64,000 nt of DNA from Longimicrobiales bacterium (GCA_965249725.1 CBDFMQ010000002.1:2240001-2304000), one strand, 5' to 3'. Shown: positions 1 through 10,597, counted from the stretch's first letter. A program made the numbers and translations. The notes: generated by a model from the sequence alone, not told the origin.

Positions 1-1041
1 GAATCCGTCTTGGTTGAGGTCCGTCACCGCGATTCCGGGATGACGATCGAAGGCTGGAATTTGGAAGAAGGGATGAGGCGGAGCGAAGCCCTCCACGCGC
101 AAGAGCATGTTGAGTACGTGCTCTTCGTGGATCGAGCGTCGCGCACGGACGAGGGCCTTCGGAGCCAATACCTGATCGAGAACATCAGAAAAGAGCGGTC
201 GACGCACCGACATGGTTTCTAGTCCCTCATTGTGCCAACCCACGATCTTCCAAGTCGGATCCGCTCCTTCTTCCAACGCCGGCTCCGGAGTCCAGGTGAC
301 CTTCTGATGGCCGCGGATCCAGGACCGGCCGCCCCCCATACGTGCCAGCGCCTCGAAACCGATGTCCGTCTCCAGGAGCCCCGATCCATCGTCCAGCAGG
401 GCGCCTCGAATCACATAGAACTTTGCGTGCTCAAAAAAGACGACGACGTCCAAGAGTGGCCGCCAAAGGGCGACGTCCTGACGAGCCACCGGTCCGGGAG
501 ATCGAGGGTTGGCGCGGAATCCCGCCTCGACCGCGCCGAACCGGAGGTCCTGGGGGCTCCCGACGACGCGGATGTCGCGAACGGTGACCGAGTCACCAAA
601 AGACTGACGGGCAGATGGATCTGGAAGCTGGAGATTCAAGACCGAGTGGGATAGGCGTCTTAGCTCCGGCCCCAACGCCACGATCGCTTCCTCCGCAGCT
701 TCCATCTCAGTCCAAGAGGCACTGGGGACTGCCAGGAGGCTTCCCCAAGCACCCCATACCACGACGAAGCCCACCGCGATCGATGCGGTGGCCTGGATGG
801 TGGAACCCGACCGGCGGGTGCTTCGCGTGGCGATGACCCAGAGGCCGGTAACGACGCACACCACCTGGAACGCCACGATCGCGGTCAAAAAGAGGATCGA
901 GTCGACGCTCTGATCGCGGGCCAGAAGGCGCCCGACAGACCACTTGTTTACGGCCACCGCAGCTAGGACAAGAAGGACGCCGAGGCGGAGTGTCCAAAAA
1001 TGGTGACCCTGCGGGACCTCGTTTGCCGGTTCGCTCTTCAT
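1..1041 (-). CDS. Membrane-anchored FG-GAP/CRTAC1-like protein, 3' part outside window
   Basis: Hand translation from ATG 1041: MKSEPANEVPQGHHFWTLRLGVLL..., hydrophobic segments, reaching RHPGIAVTDLNQDGF (FG-GAP-like DxNxDG) at position 1; absent from ORF track because it has no stop in the window. Confidence 0.7.
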   Translation of the reverse strand, partial: MKSEPANEVPQGHHFWTLRLGVLLVLAAVAVNKWSVGRLLARDQSVDSILFLTAIVAFQVVCVVTGLWVIATRSTRRSGSTIQATASIAVGFVVVWGAWGSLLAVPSASWTEMEAAEEAIVALGPELRRLSHSVLNLQLPDPSARQSFGDSVTVRDIRVVGSPQDLRFGAVEAGFRANPRSPGPVARQDVALWRPLLDVVVFFEHAKFYVIRGALLDDGSGLLETDIGFEALARMGGGRSWIRGHQKVTWTPEPALEEGADPTWKIVGWHNEGLETMSVRRPLFSDVLDQVLAPKALVRARRSIHEEHVLNMLLRVEGFAPPHPFFQIPAFDRHPGIAVTDLNQDGF

Positions 1042-1174
1042 CTGTTCAGCTTACGGGTTGGTCTACCCGGAGAGAAGTCGAATCAACTGCCTTCCCTGGC
1101 AAAGATCTGTCGGCGTCGCTCTGGCGCAAGGTCCGCGCCTGGTAGCCGGTTACAGCGCGAGCAGGGGAACGCCC

Positions 1175-1262
1175 CTGGACAGGTATATCGGACTGGACGT
1201 GCGTGCGTCAAGCTGCACGCTGGCGGTGGTAGGGCCGAGCGGCAAACGTCTGGGCACGCACG
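1175..1262 (+). pseudogene. IS110 transposase N-terminal remnant
   Basis: LDRYIGLDVRASSCTLAVVGPSGKRLGTH matches the GLDV start of the IS110 DEDD domain, then similarity stops. Confidence 0.65.
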
Positions 1263-1618
1263 GGTTACAGGGGAAAGCATCCATTGAAATGCTGGGCTGG
1301 GCGGTGTGGCCCGAGTCCCCAGGGATAGGCTATGCGCCCCTGGAGAGCCGAACGAAGCGATGGGCCACAGAGCCCCAGATAGAAGGATGGTTCCCGCTCC
1401 CGAGCGGAGAACGCCACGGCTGTGAAGGACTTTCGGACTGCGATGCGGAGCCGACCAGCGCACCCACCCCCGAGTCGTCGAACACTGGCAATTCAAAGCA
1501 AGCGGACGCCTGCGGCAAAAAGATGGACCGACGGCGTGTGGTGGGCGTGTGTATTGACCTCTGGCCCCGTGATGTCGGTCAGGGGGGGCCACACTTCACG
1601 GGAGGTCGCCCCTCTCCC

Positions 1619-2590
1619 TCACCCGTCACGCTCCGACAGGCGAGGAGCCCACTCGCCGGCCTTGAATGTCTCATGAACACTATTCCAATATTGGTCAATA
1701 TCAACATGTTTCCTTCCTGTTAGTATTAATTGCAGCCTCACATCTTTCTTGAAAATCAAAAATTCCCTGGTCACATCACATGATCGTGTCCAGTATCTTA
1801 TGATCTTTTTCGCAAATTCCCGCACCAACCTGACACGTGACGTTGTCTTAGCCCGATTCATCGTCCAATGATCCAACAATTCCAGTTTTAGTGAACGCAT
1901 TGTAGTAGAAAGTCCCTTTCTATTAAAAAATGCACATGAAGTTGGCTCATACGGGCTCTCTTCAACCGGGCAGTATAGAAAGTCCTTATTCTTGTAGGTT
2001 GGACCTACAAGCATTCCGCTTTCAATCAACAGAATACCCTTGTCGGATAAACAATCGGTCACCTTCTTCAATCCCCAGAAAGGATATCTAAGATGATATA
2101 ATACACCGAAACACAAGATTACGTCGAATAGTCCAAATTTGTCAGGAGTTAAGTCATATAGATTCAACTCATGCATTTGTACTTTAGATCCGAATAATGG
2201 AATCAAGAATTCGTCGGCTCCTTTAGATATATCATTATCAAGCCCAATGACTTCCGTCGCGCCTCTCCTTTCAGCCTCAAATGAAAAAAGACCATCACGA
2301 CACCCTATGTCGAGCACTTTCTTGTCTTGAAAATCTATGTTGTCCATAGATTTCAGGATAAAATCCCACATAACCTTAAATTGTGGAACACCAGATTTGG
2401 TGTATACACCATCCGCTACTTGTATGGTGTGATACCACGTATATTTGTCAGTGATACCTTGCAATGTTTCCGCTTGTTTGAGTGTGTCGCTATCTATGTC
2501 GTTGTCTTCTACCACGACAATGCCTCCTTCATGCGTTGCGGGGGGTATCATGGGTGCGCTCACGCGGAACAACATCGCGTCGGACACCAT
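1619..2590 (-). CDS. Class I SAM-dependent methyltransferase (CmoB/DUF1698-like)
   Basis: VLDIGCRDGLFSFEAERRGA and FDVILCFGVLYHLRYP motifs; visibly AT-rich. Confidence 0.85.
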   Translation of the reverse strand: MVSDAMLFRVSAPMIPPATHEGGIVVVEDNDIDSDTLKQAETLQGITDKYTWYHTIQVADGVYTKSGVPQFKVMWDFILKSMDNIDFQDKKVLDIGCRDGLFSFEAERRGATEVIGLDNDISKGADEFLIPLFGSKVQMHELNLYDLTPDKFGLFDVILCFGVLYHLRYPFWGLKKVTDCLSDKGILLIESGMLVGPTYKNKDFLYCPVEESPYEPTSCAFFNRKGLSTTMRSLKLELLDHWTMNRAKTTSRVRLVREFAKKIIRYWTRSCDVTREFLIFKKDVRLQLILTGRKHVDIDQYWNSVHETFKAGEWAPRLSERDG

Positions 2591-2683
2591 GAACGTGCCG
2601 GCAAATCAATGAACGCTAGTACGGAACACCCCTCGACCCCAACATAGACACGCCAACGACGCCCGAGTAACACCACGGTAACG

Positions 2684-5600
2684 TTGTCTGTGACCGTGAC
2701 TCTAGGGGCACTCGTCATGCCCCTCCTCCTTCCGCAGTCTGCTTCGGCCCAGCAGGTCTCAACCCGCCGAACGGGGTCGATCGAGGTCCGGCTCGCGACA
2801 GCCAGCCGACAGGCCCAGCAGGTGGCCAACGCCGGGGCGGCGAAGGGCGCGCGTGCGATCGAAACCCTCCGTGAGTTAGCCAAGTTGCGGCAGACTCAGC
2901 CACAACTGGCGGCGGCACTGAACGGCGCGGGGTATTCGCCAGAGGACGTGCTGACCGCCCTGAGGGCGGAGTTCCGACCCAGACTCACGGCGCTGGTCAC
3001 GTGGACTGCGGAAGGCGGATACCTGAGTGATCCTCATCGGGCCGAGACTCTGGGACAGCTCTACGGCATGGCGATTCAGGCGAATCAGGTCGAGGATATC
3101 CTCTCCGGACTCGTCGAAGTCGGTGGCGCCACGACCTTCGAGCTGACCACGGCGGACACTCGTCTGACTTCCAACGCCAGCAATGATCGACGGGAGAGCC
3201 TCCGGCAGTTGAGGGATGCGGTCAGAAACGACGAAGCGTTGGCGGTCGCCGTTACGAGCACCGCTCGGTGGACGGCCAACCGGACCGCTGAGACGTGGTT
3301 GGGCATCGGGGCGACGCTGGAGACTGTGGCGTCGACCACCTATCGGGCCGCCGGCCAGAACGCGTGGCGGACGTATTCGGCGATCGTACAAGAGAACGAC
3401 GATCCGACCGCTACGACCAACGCCATGAGTAGCGGCCTCTCGATCGACGCGGCGGTCGTTTTCGCTGAGGCGGTCGCTGCAAACGCCTCGAATCAGCAGC
3501 TCACTGATCTTCTCGGGCTGGCTGCTCTGTCTCCTGAAGACGGCGCCCACCTCGTGGCGCTCCAGGGGGCGGGACTCCGTGCACAGGTCCAGCTGCTGGA
3601 GTACGCTTATGCGAACTCTCAGGGGGCGTGGGAAACATGGGCGGACTGGTACGTCCTGGTGCGCAGCCTCGGGGCCGAAGCTGATGAGGCCATCGATGTC
3701 GTGAACGAGGAGATCGCCTCGGCTGACCCGGCCGAAATTCTTGCGGCGGTTCGTGACAGTGATGGGGTCCAGGTGGTGGCTGCTGTAGTCGCGAGGGTCG
3801 TCGCCATGCTCGATCCGGTGGCCGCGATCATGCCGGTGATCCTCGTGGTCTACAACGTTGTCGATTTTCCGTCGGAGTTTTTCCAGGTTTTGGCAGCGTC
3901 CGGCTGGGACGCCACTGACCTCGTCGACGCTAGTGCCCTGTTCCAGGGTCTGCTGGAAACGGAGAGTGCCTCAATGCTGACCCAGACTGCATCGGTGGCC
4001 GGCCTCAGCAACGCGACCCAGAACGCGGGGATGCCGGCTGGGGTCCTACTCGCAGCCGTGTATCTCGAGAGCGCTTCCGGAGATGCGAACACCGCGCTGG
4101 GTTTGTTCGCATCACACATCGAAGGAGCGATGGCACAAACGATTCCGGTCGTCATCGACTTTCTCGCGAACGTCATTGGTCTCGACCAGATCGTCGACGC
4201 CCTCAGGAACGGGGTCGGGCTAGACCCGGCGCAGACGGCCAGCGCGCTCTTGGCGTCGTCTGTCGACGTGGTGGATGGCTTCAATGCCCTCCTCGATGAA
4301 CAGGGGGTCGCCAACCTCGACGACATCCTCACGTTCGGCAGGACCGTCGACTATCCCCCGGTCCCGGTGCTGACCGCCGCTCATGCTCGTTTCGGCCTCG
4401 GCCCGGTCGAATATTCGTTCGGCATGAGGGACGCGTTCTGGCCAACGCCCGACATCATCGAGGCCGTCTCGGTTGTGTCCCAGATGCCCGAGAGCTGGGT
4501 GCAGGGGCTGTTCGAGGAGATCACCATGACCCCCGCGGCCCTCTACGATCAGGCCCGTCAACAGGGCCAGAACGCGTTGGCGGCCGTCGAGTGGATGCTG
4601 GGCCAGGTCGAGGCGACCGCGACCCAGGTCATCGAGATTGTCATAGTCTACGGCGATGGTGATGTGCCGGTACTGGCCGACATCGCTGTCGGGCCGCTGG
4701 GGCTGACGGCCGAGACCACGGTCGAGGCGATCCAGCACCGGATCGTGGACATGCAGGATCAATACACCCAGACTCTCGTCTTTGGCTTGGTCTATTCAGT
4801 CTCCAATAGGGTGTTGGGCATGATGCAAGCGTTGTTCGACACGCAGCAGAAGCTCATGGCTGCCGGTGGGGAACCAGTCCACGTGCTTGGTGGAGCACGT
4901 TCGAACGGCATCACGTCCACCCAAGCCGTCGCGGCGCTAGTACAGAACGGCCATGCCGTCGCCGAGGCTGTCCCGTGGATGATCGAAGCCTACGGGTGGA
5001 CCGACCCGATGGAGGCCATGGGGGATCTCGTCGGAGGAGGGTATGAGGCTGGGGCTGCGATTCCCCGGGTCGTGGGCAGTTTCTTGGCTCAGATGAGCCT
5101 GGATGTCGCGGAAGAGATGTTCAATGAATACACCGACAACTTCGAGATCTACCTCCAGGCCTACCTTTCCGCCGTAGGCGGGATGGACTATCCGACCCTG
5201 GCATCGGGCATGATCCAGTGGGGCGCTACGCCCCTCGACATTCTCAATGCGGCGTGGGCGTTCGGAATGTCTTCAGAGGACTGGATCGAGTGGGCCGTCC
5301 TCTCTCAATATGCTCAGTTCATCGCCGCCGCGGCCGGGAACAGGGAGGTGCTAGTGGAGTCGGCTGAGGGTGCCGAAGACACGATGGTGGCGCGCGCCCT
5401 GGTTGTCGGCGCTTCGGCACAACAGGCCTGGGACCTCGCGATGGCTCTAGGGGCGACCCCAATCGCGACACTCCGAGTCGCCCTCCAGACGGTTGGAGAC
5501 GGATTCTTCAGCTTCGTGGACAACGTCGAACAGCACGTCCTGCCGATCGGACTCGGTCCGGTGCTTGCGATGATGAACAGCGCCGGTGCATCGGACGACG

Positions 5601-5980
5601 ACTTGGTTCAAATGGCCACAACTGTGTTCAACCCAAGTCTCTCGAACATGGCGGTTGGACTGAATCCCTACCTGTCCGGCGTCGAGCTTGTCGAGACCCT
5701 GATGGCGTCGGCGCGGGGCGCGGGTAGTTCGACACAGCAGGTGTACACCCAGACCGTGGCGGCACTGCTCGCGACCGACCGGACGGTGGACCAGGCATCT
5801 CTCGACATTCAGACCTTGATGATCCAAGAGCAGATGGTCGAGTCGGAGTTAGACGAAGCCGCGAGGTCGCTCAGCGAAGCCGGAATGGTCTTCCAGTCTG
5901 TCGTGAACTTCGTGGTGGGGGCTTCATCGATGGCCGCGACGGAGGCGGTGGCATTCCTGGTGGGACTGGGGATCAGCTGA
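2684..5980 (+). CDS. Large secreted Ala-rich, probably helical protein of unknown function
   Basis: 1098-aa ORF with signal-like ...LLLPQSASA-QQ; start uncertain. Confidence 0.75.
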   Translation: MSVTVTLGALVMPLLLPQSASAQQVSTRRTGSIEVRLATASRQAQQVANAGAAKGARAIETLRELAKLRQTQPQLAAALNGAGYSPEDVLTALRAEFRPRLTALVTWTAEGGYLSDPHRAETLGQLYGMAIQANQVEDILSGLVEVGGATTFELTTADTRLTSNASNDRRESLRQLRDAVRNDEALAVAVTSTARWTANRTAETWLGIGATLETVASTTYRAAGQNAWRTYSAIVQENDDPTATTNAMSSGLSIDAAVVFAEAVAANASNQQLTDLLGLAALSPEDGAHLVALQGAGLRAQVQLLEYAYANSQGAWETWADWYVLVRSLGAEADEAIDVVNEEIASADPAEILAAVRDSDGVQVVAAVVARVVAMLDPVAAIMPVILVVYNVVDFPSEFFQVLAASGWDATDLVDASALFQGLLETESASMLTQTASVAGLSNATQNAGMPAGVLLAAVYLESASGDANTALGLFASHIEGAMAQTIPVVIDFLANVIGLDQIVDALRNGVGLDPAQTASALLASSVDVVDGFNALLDEQGVANLDDILTFGRTVDYPPVPVLTAAHARFGLGPVEYSFGMRDAFWPTPDIIEAVSVVSQMPESWVQGLFEEITMTPAALYDQARQQGQNALAAVEWMLGQVEATATQVIEIVIVYGDGDVPVLADIAVGPLGLTAETTVEAIQHRIVDMQDQYTQTLVFGLVYSVSNRVLGMMQALFDTQQKLMAAGGEPVHVLGGARSNGITSTQAVAALVQNGHAVAEAVPWMIEAYGWTDPMEAMGDLVGGGYEAGAAIPRVVGSFLAQMSLDVAEEMFNEYTDNFEIYLQAYLSAVGGMDYPTLASGMIQWGATPLDILNAAWAFGMSSEDWIEWAVLSQYAQFIAAAAGNREVLVESAEGAEDTMVARALVVGASAQQAWDLAMALGATPIATLRVALQTVGDGFFSFVDNVEQHVLPIGLGPVLAMMNSAGASDDDLVQMATTVFNPSLSNMAVGLNPYLSGVELVETLMASARGAGSSTQQVYTQTVAALLATDRTVDQASLDIQTLMIQEQMVESELDEAARSLSEAGMVFQSVVNFVVGASSMAATEAVAFLVGLGIS

Positions 5981-6029
5981 CGCACAGGGCTCTTCAGGGT
6001 CGCATGGCGTGGGAGAGGACCCTTCCGAT

Positions 6030-6158
6030 CCTCGCGAGCGCGATGACCTGATACCTAAACTTGGCATTGGGAGCCAGGACCCCGTGATAGCGGTGGCGGT
6101 GAATGCGTGGAGGGTGAATGAGTAGGGCGAGTCGCTCGAGGAATTCGAGGGGAGTGGT
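6030..6158 (-). pseudogene. IS91-family (Y2) transposase fragment
   Basis: TPLEFLERLALLIHPPRIHRHRYHGVLAPNAKFR, the characteristic IS91 RYHGVLAP segment. Confidence 0.75.
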
Positions 6159-6347
6159 GGAGTCGTTCTTCATTCCGTTCGCCTTTCCTTGAACCGCGTG
6201 GGGCAGCCTAATCACAGATTTCTCTTGCGTCCCGGAAGTGTGCCGAGCATGGTAGACGTTCCTGATAGACCCGCCTCTTCCCAGGAGCTTTCGATGGGAG
6301 TCTCCCAACTTCGGCATGGCCCACTGTCGGGTTAGACAGGTGGTCGG

Positions 6348-7799
6348 TTGGGGTTGCTGGGAGTCGTCCTTTCGCTCCTCGCGCCTGTGCCGCTTGCCGC
6401 GCAGACCGCGCCCGCAGTCAGCGAGGCTCGCGTGGTGCTCCAGGCATCGGGCGACGAGCATACGATCGGTCTCCGGGGCCAGGGGCTCGACGCCTTCACC
6501 GAGGTCCGGATCGTCCCCGTCGACGGGCGGACCCGGCCCGACGGGATCAAGGCGGCGCTCGGTGCGCTCCAGCGAGATACGCGATCCCTGAGCTTCTCCA
6601 CCAGTCCCGGAGCCCCAGCGGGCGACTTTACGGTCCAACTCGTGACCAGCCGAGGCGACGCGGTCAAGATCGATTTCACACTGACCGTAGACGCCGTGGA
6701 TGCGCCACCCGAGGTTGCAGACATCGCCGCTCCGCGGTCGGTAGAGGCTGGCCAGAGACTCCGACTCAGCGTGACCGCTCTCGACGATCAGGCGTTGTCC
6801 GAGTTGAGGGTGGAGTGGGTCGGCGGGAGCACGGTAGTGCGCCTTCGCGGTGAGACGAAGGAGATCGGAGAGGTGGTCGTCGAAGGCCTCGCATCGGGGT
6901 CGCAGAGTCTCGAGGTCGTAGCGGTGGACCGCGCGGGCAACCTGAGCGACCCGGTGGCGGTGACCGTGATGGTCATGGCCGATCAGCCGCCAACGGTGGT
7001 CTCCGTCGACTCCCCGTCTGAGGTGACCGTGGGCGAAGATCTCACCGTGAGCGTGAGCGCCGACGACGACCTGGGGCTGGCCACCGTCCAGTTGGTGTGG
7101 GTGGGGGGCAGTGCCACCGCACCGGCCGCCGGGACAAGCGACACGGCGACCCTGGCGATCTCGGGGCTGTCCGCCGGCGTGCACGAGATGGTCGTGACCG
7201 CTGTAGACGCGGCCGGGAACACCAGCGACCCCATCACGGTCACGGTCGAATCTCTCGAGGTCGTCGCCCCCACCCTCGCCGGTCTGTCACTCTCGGGGGC
7301 CACGGTGGAGAGGACCCAGGCCTTCAGCGGGACCGTCACGCTCGATGTCCCCGCTCCCACAGACGTGACTGTCGCTCTTTCAGCGACGCCCCTCGTCACG
7401 GTGCCGAGCTCCGTTACGGTCATGGCCGGGGCACGGTCGGCTACGTTCGACGGTGTCGCCGGACCGGACGCGGGCGGCGCGGCCGTCACCGCGTCCTACG
7501 GGGACGACCAGCAGCAGGCGATCGTGGAGGTGCTCGCCACGACGCCGGCGTACGACCCCGTGGTCGTGCCGGCCGGGCTGTTCCAGTTCACGCTCGATCC
7601 GATAGTCGAGGCGGCATCGTTTGACCCCGTGGTCGTGCCGGCTGGGGTCTTCCAGTTCACGCTCGATCCGATAGTCGAGGCGGCATCGTTCGACCCGATC
7701 GTGATCCCCGTGGGCACCTTTCAGTTCACGCTCGATCCCAACGTCCCCGGAGGTGGTGATAGGCCGGACCAGCCGGACTACGACGGAGCGAACCCATGA
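6348..7799 (+). CDS. Secreted Ig-like domain protein with C-terminal repeats
   Basis: Signal peptide; two Ig-like units ending AVDxAGNxSDP; three C-terminal (Y/F)DPxVxPxGxFQFTLDP repeats. Confidence 0.8.
   Translation: MGLLGVVLSLLAPVPLAAQTAPAVSEARVVLQASGDEHTIGLRGQGLDAFTEVRIVPVDGRTRPDGIKAALGALQRDTRSLSFSTSPGAPAGDFTVQLVTSRGDAVKIDFTLTVDAVDAPPEVADIAAPRSVEAGQRLRLSVTALDDQALSELRVEWVGGSTVVRLRGETKEIGEVVVEGLASGSQSLEVVAVDRAGNLSDPVAVTVMVMADQPPTVVSVDSPSEVTVGEDLTVSVSADDDLGLATVQLVWVGGSATAPAAGTSDTATLAISGLSAGVHEMVVTAVDAAGNTSDPITVTVESLEVVAPTLAGLSLSGATVERTQAFSGTVTLDVPAPTDVTVALSATPLVTVPSSVTVMAGARSATFDGVAGPDAGGAAVTASYGDDQQQAIVEVLATTPAYDPVVVPAGLFQFTLDPIVEAASFDPVVVPAGVFQFTLDPIVEAASFDPIVIPVGTFQFTLDPNVPGGGDRPDQPDYDGANP
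7551..7740 (+). repeat. In-frame 69-bp tandem repeat, about 2.7 copies
   Basis: cagttcacgctcgatcc recurs three times at 69-bp spacing. Confidence 0.9.
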
Positions 7800-7860
7800 G
7801 GAGGGCCCCTTGAGGCGGATTCAGCGCACGAGACGAAGCTATGAGCCGGGAGAGGCAGCC

Positions 7861-8454
7861 ATGAAATGGAACAAGAAGATGATCCGATCCACGGTTCTCA
7901 GCCCGTTGGCGGTCGCGGCACTGGTCGCCCTGCTTCCTGCGGGTGCGAGCGCGGTGCAGGGGTATTGCTTTGTGGATATGGGTGATTGTGACGAGGCTTA
8001 CGCGGTAATCACGCTGGCGGGTGGCCTCCAGTTGAACCTCTCCCCAATCGAGCACCCCCAAGACGGGCAGCAGACGCTGGAGGTGAGCGCGATAACGGTC
8101 CAGTGCTGGATCTGCCTTGCAGGCACGTGTGATTCGAACGGCGATGTCGGGCCGGCGGTTCAGACCATCGACCTCAACGAGGATGATCCCAGCCAATTTA
8201 CGGTATGGTTCGGCAATAGTAACTATGACAACGCTGCTCTTCCCGTGTCGCCCGGGAACTACAACAGCTACTACTGCGGGATGGCCGTATCCGGTACGGG
8301 GTCCTTGGGTGGGATCTTCCCGCTGGTCGAGCCGAGCTATGCCATTCCAATGGAGTGGGGCACCGAACGGCATGGGAGAGCCCTAGACGGAACACAACTC
8401 GTGACGGTCCTCGAGGGGTCCCTCGCGGTACCGGGGCGGCTCGAAGACGAGTGA
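7861..8454 (+). CDS. Secreted Cys-containing hypothetical protein
   Basis: ATG after GAGG; signal peptide ending AGASA; six Cys in the mature part. Confidence 0.65.
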   Translation: MKWNKKMIRSTVLSPLAVAALVALLPAGASAVQGYCFVDMGDCDEAYAVITLAGGLQLNLSPIEHPQDGQQTLEVSAITVQCWICLAGTCDSNGDVGPAVQTIDLNEDDPSQFTVWFGNSNYDNAALPVSPGNYNSYYCGMAVSGTGSLGGIFPLVEPSYAIPMEWGTERHGRALDGTQLVTVLEGSLAVPGRLEDE

Positions 8455-8470
8455 GGCCGCGGCGCAAGAT

Positions 8471-10597
8471 GTGGGCGCCGGCCCGAAGCACTCCGTGAAT
8501 CCGGTTTCGCACGGCCCCCTCCTCGTTGGCTCCGTCTCGAGGCTCACGGGTCGATTGGTCCCCGTCTGTTCCGTCCTTCTGATCTCGGCCTCGGCATTGT
8601 CCGCCCAAGACCTTACCGTCCGGACCAACCTCCCGTCCCAGGGTTTCCACGCGAGTGACGCTCCCATCGAGCTCACCTTCAGCCGCGTGCTCGATCCCGA
8701 AACCGAGAGCGTGGCAGTGTTCATAGGCGCGACCGACTTCACAGGGCTCTTCCGGCCGTCCGGCTCCGGCTTGCTCTTTACACCCAGGCTCGTCGAGCTA
8801 CCGTCTGGGAACAGCCCGTTCACCGTCTACCTCATCGACGCCACCGGCGTCTGGAACGAGATCGCGTCCGAGACGCTGAGGGTCGAAGGCGCTTTGGGCT
8901 TCCAGTCCCGGGACGTCACGCCCAAGGTGGACGTCTCGTTCAAGAGCCAGCCCTGGGAAGGGAAGGAACCCGATCCCGGTACCGATATTCCCGTGACAGG
9001 GGACGTGGAGACCAAGATCAGCTTCCAGGCCGAGCAGGTCCACTCAGGATTCACAGTTGGCTTCAACTCGCTCTTCCTGGGCTTCAACCACCAGGAGAAT
9101 GCGCTACGCTTCCGTGAAAAGAGCGGGGACGCCTCCAAGATCGACCTCTCGAGCTATGACCTGAAGTACGGATCCGAGAAACTCGACGTGTCGGTGGGTC
9201 ATGTCAGGACTGGCAATCAGCGCTACCTCATCAGCGGATTCGGCGCGCGTGGAGCCACCGCCACCCTGAAGCCCGTGTCCCGGGTCGAGGCGCAGGTGGC
9301 GGTGACGAACGGAAGCAGCATCGTGGGCTTCGACAACCTGGTCGGCCTGAACGACTCCGATCACCGCATGCTCAACGCGAGCTTGGGGGTGGAGGCACTC
9401 AAGACGCCGGGCCAGCTGCGGATGGAGTTCTCCTATCTCGACGCGTCGAAGCTGCCCCAGAACAACTTCAATCAGGGAGCGGTGAACGACGCCGAGAGGA
9501 GCGAAGGCTTCGGCTTCAATTTCAAGGCCAATGCGTTGGGGCGGCGCCTGCGCCTCGACGGGGGATTCTCGCGAAGCCGATTCGACAATCCCGACGATCC
9601 CACGCTGACTCAGGGCCAGGCCGTCGTAGCCGTGAGGGAGGAGACCAAGAACGCGCGCTACCTGAATGCCAACCTCGACGTCCTCAAGGGCGTGAAGCTG
9701 GGCGGGAGCAAGACGGCGCGGCTCTCGGTGGGGTACAAGCATCAGCGGGTCGATCCGCTCTACAAGAGCGTTGGGGCTTCGGCGCGGGCCGACCAGATCC
9801 AGAACCAGTACGACGTGAAGGCCGACGTGGCGGGGGTGGCGATCCAGGCCACGTTCTCCGACGCCAACGACAACCTGGACGAGCTCGCTTCCGTGTTGAA
9901 ATCGAATACCGAGCGGACGGGGCTCAACATCGGCGTGCCGCTCCCCAACATCTTCCGTGGCAAAGCCGGTGTGACGTGGCTACCCGCCCTGCAGTACCGC
10001 ATGCAGCGCACCCACCAGTTCGGCGAGGAGATTCCCGTCGACGGCGGGTTCAGCGCCGGGCACGTGCCCGATCAGCTGAGCACCAATCACACCGCCTCGG
10101 CCGGGTGGCGCTGGAGCAAGGTCAACTTCAGCTACCAGTTGAACTTCTCGAAGCAGGACAACCGTCAGGAGGGACGCGAAGACGCCGACCTCAACAACGC
10201 CAAGAGCGGGTTCTCCCTCGGCGTGAATCCCACGCGCAAGCTCTCGGTTACGCTCGACCTCGGCTTCGAGGAGGCGGAGAACCTCCAGCGCGACGAGATC
10301 GACAACACGCGCAGGTTCGGTGCCCGCGTCAACTGGAAGCCGATCCCGCGCTCGACCCTGGGAATCCAGTTCTCCGACACGTTCAAGGACGACCAGGCCG
10401 CCACGAAGGAACAGAGCGACAAACGTATCAACGTCAACTGGAGCGGCGCCGTACCCCGTACGGAGCGCTACAACGGTCAATACTTCATCCGTTACGCCCG
10501 CAACGTCTCGGAGCGTATGGACGTGACACGGAACACCGACGATCGCCGGGAGAACTGGACGATCAATACGGGCTTCAGCTTCAGCTTCGGGGGGTGA
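8471..10597 (+). CDS. Putative outer-membrane beta-barrel with N-terminal Ig-like domain
   Basis: Signal peptide, many amphipathic strands, C-terminal WTINTGFSFSF beta-signal. Confidence 0.75.
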   Translation: MGAGPKHSVNPVSHGPLLVGSVSRLTGRLVPVCSVLLISASALSAQDLTVRTNLPSQGFHASDAPIELTFSRVLDPETESVAVFIGATDFTGLFRPSGSGLLFTPRLVELPSGNSPFTVYLIDATGVWNEIASETLRVEGALGFQSRDVTPKVDVSFKSQPWEGKEPDPGTDIPVTGDVETKISFQAEQVHSGFTVGFNSLFLGFNHQENALRFREKSGDASKIDLSSYDLKYGSEKLDVSVGHVRTGNQRYLISGFGARGATATLKPVSRVEAQVAVTNGSSIVGFDNLVGLNDSDHRMLNASLGVEALKTPGQLRMEFSYLDASKLPQNNFNQGAVNDAERSEGFGFNFKANALGRRLRLDGGFSRSRFDNPDDPTLTQGQAVVAVREETKNARYLNANLDVLKGVKLGGSKTARLSVGYKHQRVDPLYKSVGASARADQIQNQYDVKADVAGVAIQATFSDANDNLDELASVLKSNTERTGLNIGVPLPNIFRGKAGVTWLPALQYRMQRTHQFGEEIPVDGGFSAGHVPDQLSTNHTASAGWRWSKVNFSYQLNFSKQDNRQEGREDADLNNAKSGFSLGVNPTRKLSVTLDLGFEEAENLQRDEIDNTRRFGARVNWKPIPRSTLGIQFSDTFKDDQAATKEQSDKRINVNWSGAVPRTERYNGQYFIRYARNVSERMDVTRNTDDRRENWTINTGFSFSFGG

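Noticed and set aside
1000..1022. tRNA 3'-end-like sequence ending GGGTCACCA on the minus strand
   Set aside because: Lies within the 1-1041 reading frame and has no T-loop
5994..7184. 396-aa minus ORF as an intact IS91 transposase
   Set aside because: Only ~45 residues resemble IS91; the rest is antisense to the Ig protein
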